37,016 nt of DNA from Candidatus Brocadiia bacterium. Its GTDB lineage: Bacteria; Planctomycetota; PUPC01; DSUN01. The stretch lies in the NCBI GenBank assembly GCA_016782825.1, contig JADHXT010000002.1, positions 1 through 37,016 on the forward strand. Reading direction: 5' to 3'. Below, one piece after another: positions 26,413 to 34,725 of this stretch. Both the position numbers and the translations under genes were made by a program. The notes under the pieces were generated by a model, which worked only from the letters and a program-made list of their open reading frames with translations, searched no databases and was not told the origin of the DNA. Every line of letters begins with the position of its first letter. Positions within the stretch are counted from its first letter, which is position 1.

Positions 26413-27720
26413 ATGCCAACCAAGACGTGCAGCGTGGGCCTCGTCGGCTTCGGGACCATCGGTGCCGGGGTGGCGAGGATTCTCCTCGAGAATGCCGACC
26501 AGCTCCGCGCCAAGACCGGCATCACGATTATCCTCAAGCGCATCTGCGACCTGGATATCACCACCGACCGCGGCGTGGCCGTGTCCGAGGGGGTGCTCAC
26601 CACGTCGCTGGACGACGTGATCGACGACCCCGAGATCGAGGTGGTCATCGAACTGGTCGGCGGCCTCACCGTCGCCAAGCAGATCGTGCTCCGCGCCGTC
26701 GCCGCGGGCAAGAGCGTGGTGACGGCCAACAAGGCGCTGCTCGCCGAAGAGGGCCGCGAGCTGTACCAGGCGGCCCACGAACGCGGTGTGCCCATCGCCT
26801 TCGAGGCCAGCGTGGGCGGCGGCATCCCCGTCATCGCCGCGCTCCGCGACGGCCTGATCGCCAACGATATCCAGAGCATCATAGGCATCGTGAACGGCAC
26901 GTGCAACTACATCCTCACCCGCATGGCCGCCGAGGGCGCCCGCTACGACGACGTGCTGGCCGACGCCCAGCGGCTCGGCTATGCCGAGGCCGACCCCGCC
27001 CTCGACGTGGGCGGCGGCGACAGCGCCCACAAGCTCGCCATCCTGGCCGCGCTCGGCTTCGCGGGCGACTTCGGCTACGACGAAATCCACGTCGAAGGCA
27101 TCCAGGCCACCGACCCCATCGACATCGCCTACGCCCGCGAGCTCGGCTACACCCTCAAGCTCCTGGCCATCGGCAAGCGCTTCGGCGACGAACTCGAGCT
27201 CCGCGTCCACCCCACCCTCCTGCCCGACGAACACCCGCTCGCCAGCGTGCACGACGTGTTCAACGCCGTGTGCATCCGCGGCAGCGCCGTGGGCGACACC
27301 ATGTTCTACGGCCGCGGCGCCGGCCAGATGCCCACGGCCAGCGCCGTGGTGGCCGACCTGGTGGACATCCTGCTCGGCAAGGCCAAGCACACCTTCGACC
27401 GCCTGCGCCTGTTCCCCGGACGCACCGAGAGCCTCCGCGTGCGGCCCATCGGCGAGGTGGAGACGCGCTACTACCTGCGATTCGCCGCCCTCGACCACCC
27501 CGGCGTGCTGGCGCGCATTGCCGGCGAATTCGGCGACCACGATATCAGCATCGCCTCGGTGATGCAGAAGGAGCGCCACGCCACCCAGGCCGTGCCCCTG
27601 GTGATCCTCACCCACCAGGCTACCGAGGCCAAACTGCGCCGCGCCCTGGCCGCCATCGAGCCGCAGGGAGTGACCGAGGGGCCGCCGGTGGTGATCCGCG
27701 TCGAAGGCGAGCACGAGTGA
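26413..27720 (+). CDS. hom: homoserine dehydrogenase with C-terminal ACT domain
   Basis: VGLVGFGTIGAGV, VTANKALLA, GIVNGTCNYIL, AEADPALDVGGGDSAHKLAILA, and an ACT-like tail. ATG 26413 follows AGGAG. Confidence 0.9.
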   Translation: MPTKTCSVGLVGFGTIGAGVARILLENADQLRAKTGITIILKRICDLDITTDRGVAVSEGVLTTSLDDVIDDPEIEVVIELVGGLTVAKQIVLRAVAAGKSVVTANKALLAEEGRELYQAAHERGVPIAFEASVGGGIPVIAALRDGLIANDIQSIIGIVNGTCNYILTRMAAEGARYDDVLADAQRLGYAEADPALDVGGGDSAHKLAILAALGFAGDFGYDEIHVEGIQATDPIDIAYARELGYTLKLLAIGKRFGDELELRVHPTLLPDEHPLASVHDVFNAVCIRGSAVGDTMFYGRGAGQMPTASAVVADLVDILLGKAKHTFDRLRLFPGRTESLRVRPIGEVETRYYLRFAALDHPGVLARIAGEFGDHDISIASVMQKERHATQAVPLVILTHQATEAKLRRALAAIEPQGVTEGPPVVIRVEGEHE

Positions 27721-27769
27721 CCGTGGCCCCGTCGCCGAGCCGCGGGCCTTCCACGAGAGGCCGAGCCGC

Positions 27770-29005
27770 GTGAGCGCCGAAGACACCATCCACGATATCC
27801 CCCCCGAGTTGCGCTGCACCGCGCCGCTGCGGCTGGCCCCGCCCATGGCCGAGGCCGAGCTGTCCGCCCGCCTGCTCGAGCTGGCCGCGCCCAACACCCA
27901 TCTCGACGAGGCCGTGTGCTTTCTCGGCGGCGGCGCCTGCGACCACTACGTGCCCGCCGTCGTCGACGCCGTGGCCGCCACCGTCGGCCCCCGACTCATC
28001 GCACCCGATTCGCCACAATCCATGCTGCAACTCGTCTACGAACTCCAGACCCTCTACGCCGGGCTCACCGGCCTTGCCGTGGCCGCCGCCCCGTTCGCCG
28101 ATGGCCCGACCGCGCTCGTCGAGGCCGTGCAGCTTGCCGTGGCCGCCACGGGGCGCCCCGAGGTGGTGGTGTCGCGCTCCGTCCATCCCGGCTATCGCGC
28201 CATCCTACACACCTTGCTCGCCGGACCCGCGACCACGCTGCGCGAAGTCGACCACCAGGGCGGCGTGGTATCCCTCGACCGCCTCGAGCGCCAGGTGACC
28301 GACGCCACGGCGTGCGTGGTGGTCGAGCATCCGAGCTTCTTCGGCTGCCTCGAGGATGTGGCGGCCCTGGCCGCCGCCGTGCACCGGCACGGCGCGCGGC
28401 TCGTGGTGAAGGTGGACCCGCTGGCGCTCGGCCTGCTCGCCTCGCCGGGCGAGACGGGGGCCGACGTTGCCGTGTGTGACGCACAGCCGCTGGGCATCCG
28501 CCCCACGTGGGGCGCGGGCGCGCTCGGGCTGCTGGCGTGCCGACCCGAGTTGGCCGATGCCCTCCCCTGCTGGCGCGTGGTGCGGAGCGAAACGGGCTTC
28601 GCATCCGTCGGCGAGGCCCGCGGCAGGCTGCGCGCCGACGTGGTGGCCCGCCCCGTGGCTTACCTGGCGGCCGTGGGGGCCGAGGGGCTGGCGAGAGCCG
28701 CCGCGCTCTGCGCCACCCGGGCACACGCCGCGCTCCAACGCATCGGCTCCGTCGAAGGCTTCAGCCGCCGCTTCCGCGCGCCGTTCTTCAAGGAGTTCGT
28801 CGTCGAATCCGCGCACGACCCCGACGACGTGGCCGAGCAGTTGCTGGACGGCAACATCCTCGGCCCGCTGTCGCTCGAAAAGTTGTGCCCCGAGATGGAG
28901 CACTGCCTGCTCTTCGCCGTCACCGAGCGGCGCACGAAGACCGACATCGACATGCTTCACCACGCCCTCGACCTGCTCGACGCGGGCGACATGCGGGAGC
29001 TGTGA
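27770..29005 (+). CDS. glycine dehydrogenase subunit 1 (GcvPA)-like protein, divergent/degenerate
   Basis: Collinear blocks shared with GcvPA: FLGGGACDHYVPAVVD, VSRSVHPGYRAIL, VVEHPSFFGCLEDV, DPLALGLLASPGETGADVAV, PFFKEFVV...LLFAVTE. The YTPYQPE.SQG and REQHIRR blocks are not conserved. GTG start follows GAGAGG. Confidence 0.6.
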   Translation: MSAEDTIHDIPPELRCTAPLRLAPPMAEAELSARLLELAAPNTHLDEAVCFLGGGACDHYVPAVVDAVAATVGPRLIAPDSPQSMLQLVYELQTLYAGLTGLAVAAAPFADGPTALVEAVQLAVAATGRPEVVVSRSVHPGYRAILHTLLAGPATTLREVDHQGGVVSLDRLERQVTDATACVVVEHPSFFGCLEDVAALAAAVHRHGARLVVKVDPLALGLLASPGETGADVAVCDAQPLGIRPTWGAGALGLLACRPELADALPCWRVVRSETGFASVGEARGRLRADVVARPVAYLAAVGAEGLARAAALCATRAHAALQRIGSVEGFSRRFRAPFFKEFVVESAHDPDDVAEQLLDGNILGPLSLEKLCPEMEHCLLFAVTERRTKTDIDMLHHALDLLDAGDMREL

Positions 29006-29026
29006 CCTGTTGCCGAGGCCGCGCAC

Positions 29027-30076
29027 GTGAGCAAGACGCCCATCACGGAACGTATCGCCGCCGCTGAGCCGTCCCGCCACTTCGGGAAGGCGAGCGGCGA
29101 GGGCGCCGACGCGGCGGAGTTCGTGCCCGCGGCCCTCCGTCGCCACTCGCCGCCGCCGTTGCCCTGGCTCGACGAGGGCACGCTCCGCGCCCACTTCGCC
29201 GGCCTGGCCGCCGGCTCGGGCCTGCGTGCCGCCGCCGGCTGGAATGAGGCCGCCACGGCCGCCGCGGAGCGCGCGGCCCGTCTGCCGGGCCTCGCCCACT
29301 TCCACCCCGCGCAGCCTGACGCCACGGTGCAGGGCCTGCTGGAGGTGGCCCACGCCGCGGCCCGCGCCGTGTCGGCCGTCACGGGCCTCGACCGCGTGTC
29401 GCTCCAGCCGCCTCATCTCGCGGCCGCCGAACGCGCCGCGCTGATGGTGGCACGCAGCTACTTCGCGCGCGAGGAGCCCGGCCGCACGGCCGTGGTGGCG
29501 CCCGAGGGCCATTCGGCCCTGGCGGCGGCGGCCCGATTGGGGCTGCCGACCGAGGCCGTGCAACGCCTGCCATCGGGCGACGTGGATCTCGATTCGCTCC
29601 TGTCCGCCGTCGGCGCCCATACGGCGGCCGTGGTGGCAAACTGGCTGACGCCGGCCGGCGCGATCGACCGGCAGTTGGCCTCGATCGGCGAGGTGGCGCG
29701 GGCACACGGCTGCCTCTTCTGCGTCGATGCCCGCGGCTTGGGCGCGTCCGCAGGCCACGCCCGGGTGGCCAACGCCGGCGCCGACCTGGCGTGGCTGCCG
29801 CTGGCCGAGCTGTGCCCGGCCGCCACATCGGCCGCGCTGGGCGCTCGGGCGCATCTCACCGAACACCTGCCGCGTCCCCTCGTGGGGAAGACCCCCGGGG
29901 GCTACGAGCTGGACGACGACCTGCCCCGCAGCATCGGGCGGCTGGCGCTGGCGCCGGCCAACGCCCTGGACGTGCTCGCCCTCTACGTCCAGATGGCGCT
30001 CCTGGGCGAGCCGGGCCTCCGCGCGCGAGCCGAGCGCCTCGCCGCCGAGACCAGAGCGCTTGCGCCGGAGGGGTAA
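29027..30076 (+). CDS. glycine dehydrogenase subunit 2 (GcvPB)-like protein lacking the PLP lysine and C-terminal domain
   Basis: Collinear blocks shared with GcvPB: ARLPGLAHFHPAQPDATVQGLLEV, TGLDRVSLQP, GDVDLDSLLSAVGAHTAAVV, GARAHLTEHLPRPLV, PRSIGRL. The expected HLNLHKTF block reads WLPLAELC. The protein is 349 aa versus about 475. Confidence 0.55.
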   Translation: MSKTPITERIAAAEPSRHFGKASGEGADAAEFVPAALRRHSPPPLPWLDEGTLRAHFAGLAAGSGLRAAAGWNEAATAAAERAARLPGLAHFHPAQPDATVQGLLEVAHAAARAVSAVTGLDRVSLQPPHLAAAERAALMVARSYFAREEPGRTAVVAPEGHSALAAAARLGLPTEAVQRLPSGDVDLDSLLSAVGAHTAAVVANWLTPAGAIDRQLASIGEVARAHGCLFCVDARGLGASAGHARVANAGADLAWLPLAELCPAATSAALGARAHLTEHLPRPLVGKTPGGYELDDDLPRSIGRLALAPANALDVLALYVQMALLGEPGLRARAERLAAETRALAPEG

Positions 30077-30149
30077 GGCGAGTACCCTGATAGTAGCGCT
30101 GCTTGCATCAACGGGGCCGCATGATCCATTGCCTCGCTTGGAGCCGTTT

Positions 30150-31730
30150 GTGAAGAGAATACTCATCAGCGATCCCCTCGCCGCCGAGGGCGTGCAGATA
30201 CTCCGCGACGCCGGGTTCGACGTGGTCGAGCAGGCCGGGCTTTCGCCCGACGCCCTTCGCGAGGCGCTGGCCGGCTGCCACGGCCTGGTGATCCGCAGCG
30301 GCACCCAGGTGACCGCCGAGGCGCTCGAGGGCGCCGATGCGCTCCAGGTGATCGGCCGCGCGGGAGCCGGCGTGGACAACGTGGACGTCCAAGCCGCCAC
30401 CCGCCGCGGCATCGTGGTGATGAACACCCCCGGCGGCAATGCCGTGAGCGCCTGCGAGCTCACCCTGGCCATGATGCTCGCCCTGGCCCGACGCGTGCCG
30501 CAGGCGTGCGCGCGAGTGAAGGCCGGCGAGTGGCCGCGCAAGGAGTTCAAGGGCACCGAGCTGCACGGCAAGTGCCTGGGCATCGTGGGGCTGGGCCGCA
30601 TCGGCTCCGAGGTGGCACGCCGCGCCCTCGCCTTCGGCATGCAGGTGGTGGCCTGCGACCCCTTCGTCACCGAGGAGCGCGCCCGTCGCCTGGAAGTGCG
30701 CCTCGTCGAGCTGCCCGAGCTCTTCGCCACCAGCGACTTTATCACCCTCCACTCGCCCAAGACGCGCGACACCGACCGCCTCATCAACGCCGATACCCTG
30801 GCGACGATGAAGGACGGCGTGTTCCTCATCAACTGCGCCCGTGGCGGCATCGTGGACGAGGCCGCCCTGGCCGACGCGCTCCGCAGCGGCAAGGTGGGCG
30901 GCGCCGCGCTCGACGTGTTTGCCACCGAGCCGCCCGGCGACAACCCGCTGCTCGCCTTCGACAGCGTGATTGCCACGCCCCACCTCGGCGCCACCACTCG
31001 GGAGGCCCAGACGAAGGTGGCCGTGCAGATCGCCCAGCAGGTGGCCGACTACCTCGCCGGCGGGCCGCCGCGCAATGCCCTCAACACCCCGGCCGTCGAG
31101 CCCGAGCTGCTCGAAGTGCTCGGCCCCTACATCGAGCTGGCCGAGCGGCTCGGACGCTGCGTGGTGCAGCTCGCCGACGGCCGCGTCGAGCGCCTGCGCG
31201 TCACCTACCGCGGCGAGATGAACGAGCACGACGTGGCGCCCCTGACCACCGCCCTGCTCAAGGGCGCGCTCGAGCCGGCACTCGAAACGCCCGTGAACTA
31301 CGTGAACGCCCCCGTGCTTGCCGCCGAGCGCGGCCTCGTAGTCGACGCCGTGCAGAGCAGCGATACGGCCGACTTCGCGAATCTCATCGTCGTGGAAGCC
31401 GTCACCAAGCACGGCACGCGGTCGGTCTCCGGCTCGCTCTTCGGCCGCCGGCAGCTTCGCATCGTCCGCATCGACGACCACCACGTGGACGTCACCCCCA
31501 GCGGCCACTTCCTCATCACGCGCCACATCGACCGGCCAGGTGTCATCGCCCACGTGAGCGGCCTGCTGGCCGAGCTGAACGTGAATATCGGCGGCATGAC
31601 CTGCGGCCGCGACACGCCCGGCGGCGACGCCCTGCTCGTCATCAGCACCGACGAGCCCGTCGGCGCCGACCTCGTGGCCGCCGTCGAAGAATCGCCGCAG
31701 GTGCAGCGGGCACAGGTCATCTCCCTCTAG
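30150..31730 (+). CDS. serA: D-3-phosphoglycerate dehydrogenase (long form with ASB and ACT domains)
   Basis: GRAGAGVDNVD, GIVGLGRIGSEVA, LHSPKT, NCARGGIVDE, TPHLGATT, and a C-terminal ACT. GTG 30150 follows GGAG. Confidence 0.9.
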   Translation: MKRILISDPLAAEGVQILRDAGFDVVEQAGLSPDALREALAGCHGLVIRSGTQVTAEALEGADALQVIGRAGAGVDNVDVQAATRRGIVVMNTPGGNAVSACELTLAMMLALARRVPQACARVKAGEWPRKEFKGTELHGKCLGIVGLGRIGSEVARRALAFGMQVVACDPFVTEERARRLEVRLVELPELFATSDFITLHSPKTRDTDRLINADTLATMKDGVFLINCARGGIVDEAALADALRSGKVGGAALDVFATEPPGDNPLLAFDSVIATPHLGATTREAQTKVAVQIAQQVADYLAGGPPRNALNTPAVEPELLEVLGPYIELAERLGRCVVQLADGRVERLRVTYRGEMNEHDVAPLTTALLKGALEPALETPVNYVNAPVLAAERGLVVDAVQSSDTADFANLIVVEAVTKHGTRSVSGSLFGRRQLRIVRIDDHHVDVTPSGHFLITRHIDRPGVIAHVSGLLAELNVNIGGMTCGRDTPGGDALLVISTDEPVGADLVAAVEESPQVQRAQVISL

Positions 31731-31747
31731 CGCGAAAGTGCAGCGCA

Positions 31748-33247
31748 ATGGCCAGGGGCATCACACGCACGCGGGCCAGCGTCGGCTCTCTTGCCCTGCT
31801 GTGTCTCGCCATGGCCGGCTGCGGCGGCAAGGGCGACGCGGAGTTGGCCGCCGGGCCGTGGCTGCTTGGCCTCACCCACGATGAAGTGATCGTGGCCTGG
31901 GAGACGGCGGACATCGCCGATGGCACGCTCGAGTGCTGGACGGCCGATGGCCTGCTCCGCGCCCATCATCCACACCGTGTGAGGGTGCACCAGCTTCGCC
32001 TCGCGGGCCTGAAGCCCGACACGCTTTACCACTACCGCATCGCCTCGGGCGGCAGCCGAAGCGCGCCGCTCGCGTTCCGCACGCTGCCGGCCAAGTGCCA
32101 GAAGTTCACCTTTGCCGCCTATGGCGGCGCGGCCCTCGACGCCGCACAGCACGCCGACCTGGCTCGTCTCATCGCCCGCACGGAGCCCTCCGTGGTGGTC
32201 TACACAGGCGGCTATTCCCAGGCGGAGGATGGCGCTCCCGCCGATGCCGCCGCGCTGAACGCCGGCTTCCTCGCCCCCGCGCGCGAGGTGTTCGCACGGC
32301 ATCCCGTGATGGCCCTTCGCACGCGCGACGCCGGCCGCGACTTCGGCCCTCGCTTGCTGCCGGGCGACGCCGCGCCGTGGCGCAGCTATCGTCTGGGGCA
32401 CGCCGAGCTGTTTGCGCTCGACGTGGCGGCGGGCATCGCCGAGGGCAGCCCCCAGTGGCAGTGGCTCCGCTCCGCGCTGAGCCACAGCACGGCGTGGTGG
32501 AAGTTCGTCGTCTGCCAGCCGCCGCCCCTCAGTGCCGTGGCCGACGACCGGGCCGCGTTTCGCCGGGCTCTGCTGCCGTTGCTCCTCGATGCGGGGGTGG
32601 ACGCGCTGTTCACGGGCGGAGCGCTTCGCGAGCGCAGCGTGCCGCTCACCGTGTCCGCCGAGACCAATGAGGTGCGCCTCTCGTGCTTCGCCGCGTCGGC
32701 GGCGGGGGCGCTGGGCACGGCGCGGGCCGTGCCGTGGGCGGCCAGCGTGAAGGCCGAGCACGCCTGGCTGCTGGTGATGGTGGACGGTGCGCGGCTGGAC
32801 GTGTCGGTGCGCGACCTCGATGGCCGCGAGGTGGACAAGGCCGTCCTCGAGAAATCGGGCGAGCCACACGAGGAGAAAGGGCTGCCTGCCGGGGCCATCG
32901 AGGCCTTCCTGGCCTTTGCGCCAGCCGGGGGCTTCGCCGTGACGGAGCCGGGCGACCAGCCGACGGAGACTCGCCTCGTCGTGCCCGTCACCAACCCCTA
33001 CGGGGCGGCTCTCCAGGGCGAGGTGAGGTGGGAGGTGAACGCGGACTCCGGCTGGAGCGTCGAGCCCGCGGTCATCGCGGTGGACGTGCCGCCGCGGGCC
33101 ACCCGCCGCTACCCGTTCACCGCCACCGTGCGGGCGGGGGCCGCGAGGTCGGCTCCGTCCTTCGCGTTCGTCGTCGATGGGCAGGAACTCAAGGCACGGC
33201 AGAGCCCGTTGCGCCTCGAGCCGCGGCCCGCCGCCATGCCGCGCTAG
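31748..33247 (+). CDS. lipoprotein with purple-acid-phosphatase-like (FN3 + metallophosphoesterase) architecture but degenerate metal-binding motifs
   Basis: Lipobox LAMAGC. The N-terminal domain ends in HQLRLAGLKPDTLYHYRI, as in PAP N-domains. The phosphoesterase motif positions read FAAYGGAA, VVYTGGY, ALRTRDAG, VVCQPPP and LFTGGALRE. Confidence 0.55.
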   Translation: MARGITRTRASVGSLALLCLAMAGCGGKGDAELAAGPWLLGLTHDEVIVAWETADIADGTLECWTADGLLRAHHPHRVRVHQLRLAGLKPDTLYHYRIASGGSRSAPLAFRTLPAKCQKFTFAAYGGAALDAAQHADLARLIARTEPSVVVYTGGYSQAEDGAPADAAALNAGFLAPAREVFARHPVMALRTRDAGRDFGPRLLPGDAAPWRSYRLGHAELFALDVAAGIAEGSPQWQWLRSALSHSTAWWKFVVCQPPPLSAVADDRAAFRRALLPLLLDAGVDALFTGGALRERSVPLTVSAETNEVRLSCFAASAAGALGTARAVPWAASVKAEHAWLLVMVDGARLDVSVRDLDGREVDKAVLEKSGEPHEEKGLPAGAIEAFLAFAPAGGFAVTEPGDQPTETRLVVPVTNPYGAALQGEVRWEVNADSGWSVEPAVIAVDVPPRATRRYPFTATVRAGAARSAPSFAFVVDGQELKARQSPLRLEPRPAAMPR

Positions 33248-33421
33248 CTTGCGCTCTCTCCCACGCGTCGGGGCCACCCCAGCCGGACCGGCATGGAACG
33301 TTTTTCGCCGGCCCCGTCATTTTTCGCCAACGAGTCAGTCGCCCTCGAACCGCCCTTGGCGCGCTGCCGGCCGTCGGACGCAGCACGGGCCGCTCTCCAT
33401 GCCCTGCGGCTTCCTCCGCTC

Positions 33422-34522
33422 TCACTCGCCGGCGCAGTCCATGCCGAAGGTAGCGGCCACGGCGTGGTTGGTCACCTGGCCCCCCACGAGATTGAGTCCC
33501 GCGCGGATGGCAGGATTGTCGGCGGCCGCGCGCTCGAAGCCCTTGTCGGCGATCTCCAGCAGATAGGGCAGCGTGGCGTTGGTGAGGGCGTAGGTGCTGG
33601 TGCGGCCCACGGCGCCGGGCATGTTCGTCACGCCGTAGTGCACCACGCCATGCTTGATGCGGATGGGGTCGCCGTGGGTGGTGGGCTCGATGGTTTCGAT
33701 GCAGCCGCCCTGGTCCACGCTCACGTCCACCACCACGGCGCCGGGCTTCATGGTCTTCACCATTTCCTCGGTGACGAGCACGGGGGCGCGGGCGCCCTCG
33801 AGGAGCACGGCACCCACCACGAGGTCGGCTTCGCGCACCTTTCTGCGGAGGGCGTGTGCGTCGGAGTAGAGGGTGGTCACGTTGGCCGGCATCACCTCGT
33901 CGAGGTGGCGCAGGCGGTCGAGATCGATGTCGGCCACGGTCACGCGGGCGCCGAGGCCGGCCGCGGTGCGCGCGGCCTGCGCCCCCACGACGCCGCCGCC
34001 GATGATCAGCACGCTCGCCGGCTCCACGCCCGGCACGCCGCCGAGCAGTATGCCCCGGCCCTGCTGCGGCCGCTCCAAGTACTTCGCCCCCTCCTGGATG
34101 GACATGCGGCCGGCGATCTCGCTCATGGGCATGAGCAGCGGGTGGCGGCCGTCGGGGGTGTGGATGGTCTCGTAGGCGATGGCCACGATGCCGGCGTGGA
34201 GCATAGCCTCGGTGAGCGCGCGGCTGGCCGCGAAGTGGAAGTAGCCGAACACCACCTGCCCTTCCCGCAGCAGGCCGTACTCCTGCGGCACCGGCTCCTT
34301 CACCTTCACGATCAGGTCGGCCTGGCCGTAGACCTCCTCGGCGCTCTCGGCGATCTGCGCTCCGAGCTGGGCATACTCGCCGTCGTCGAGGCCGCTGCCG
34401 GCGCCGGCGCCGCGCTCGATCACCACTTGATGGCCGTGCTTGCGCAGCGCCTCGGCCCCGTAGGGGATGAGCGCCACGCGGTACTCATCCTGCTTCACCT
34501 CTCTCGGCACGCCGATGATCAT
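33422..34522 (-). CDS. ald: alanine dehydrogenase
   Basis: MIIGVPREVKQDEYRVAL, KVKEP, VLIIGGGVVGAQAA, AVVVDVSVDQGGC and YGVTNMPGAV. ATG 34522 follows GGGAG. Confidence 0.9.
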   Translation of the reverse strand: MIIGVPREVKQDEYRVALIPYGAEALRKHGHQVVIERGAGAGSGLDDGEYAQLGAQIAESAEEVYGQADLIVKVKEPVPQEYGLLREGQVVFGYFHFAASRALTEAMLHAGIVAIAYETIHTPDGRHPLLMPMSEIAGRMSIQEGAKYLERPQQGRGILLGGVPGVEPASVLIIGGGVVGAQAARTAAGLGARVTVADIDLDRLRHLDEVMPANVTTLYSDAHALRRKVREADLVVGAVLLEGARAPVLVTEEMVKTMKPGAVVVDVSVDQGGCIETIEPTTHGDPIRIKHGVVHYGVTNMPGAVGRTSTYALTNATLPYLLEIADKGFERAAADNPAIRAGLNLVGGQVTNHAVAATFGMDCAGE

Positions 34523-34598
34523 GGCTTCGGCTCCCGCTTGGTGGTGGGCTGGTGGCTCGCCGTCATAAGCCGGACGGCCAGGCACGCGGCACACGCTG

Positions 34599-34628
34599 AT
34601 TATAGACGCTCGCTCGCGCCCGGATCAA
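34599..34628 (-). promoter_or_regulatory. sigma70-like promoter of ald
   Basis: Minus strand: TTGATC (34628-34623), 18-nt spacer, TATAAT (34604-34599). Confidence 0.45.
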
Positions 34629-34669
34629 CCGTTTCTTGGCGCCGCCGCGAGCACGCGGCGTCTGGCGGG

Positions 34670-34698
34670 TTGACAAGATGGCGGGGCTTTGGTAAGTT
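34670..34698 (+). promoter_or_regulatory. sigma70-like promoter of the orphan/PqqD/FtsX string
   Basis: TTGACA (34670-34675), 17-nt spacer, TAAGTT (34693-34698). Confidence 0.5.
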
Positions 34699-34725
34699 TG
34701 TGGCGGCTTTGTATCCTGGAGAGCT

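Noticed and set aside
30077-30149. Possible internal promoter upstream of serA (TTGCAT at 30102-30107)
   Set aside because: No acceptable -10 hexamer lies at 16-18 nt spacing. serA is more simply explained as co-transcribed from the hom promoter.
28205-30997. 930-aa minus-strand ORF, the longest antisense ORF in the window
   Set aside because: It runs antisense through serA, which is confirmed on the plus strand by many motifs. Its translation is R/G/A-rich with no recognisable domain. It is a shadow ORF.
33290-33330. Two T5 runs (TTTTTCGCC repeated at 33301 and 33320) between the PAP-like gene and ald as intrinsic terminators
   Set aside because: T-runs are rare in this sequence, so the region may well be a termination zone. 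I could not find a convincing upstream hairpin on either strand, so I do not call a terminator.
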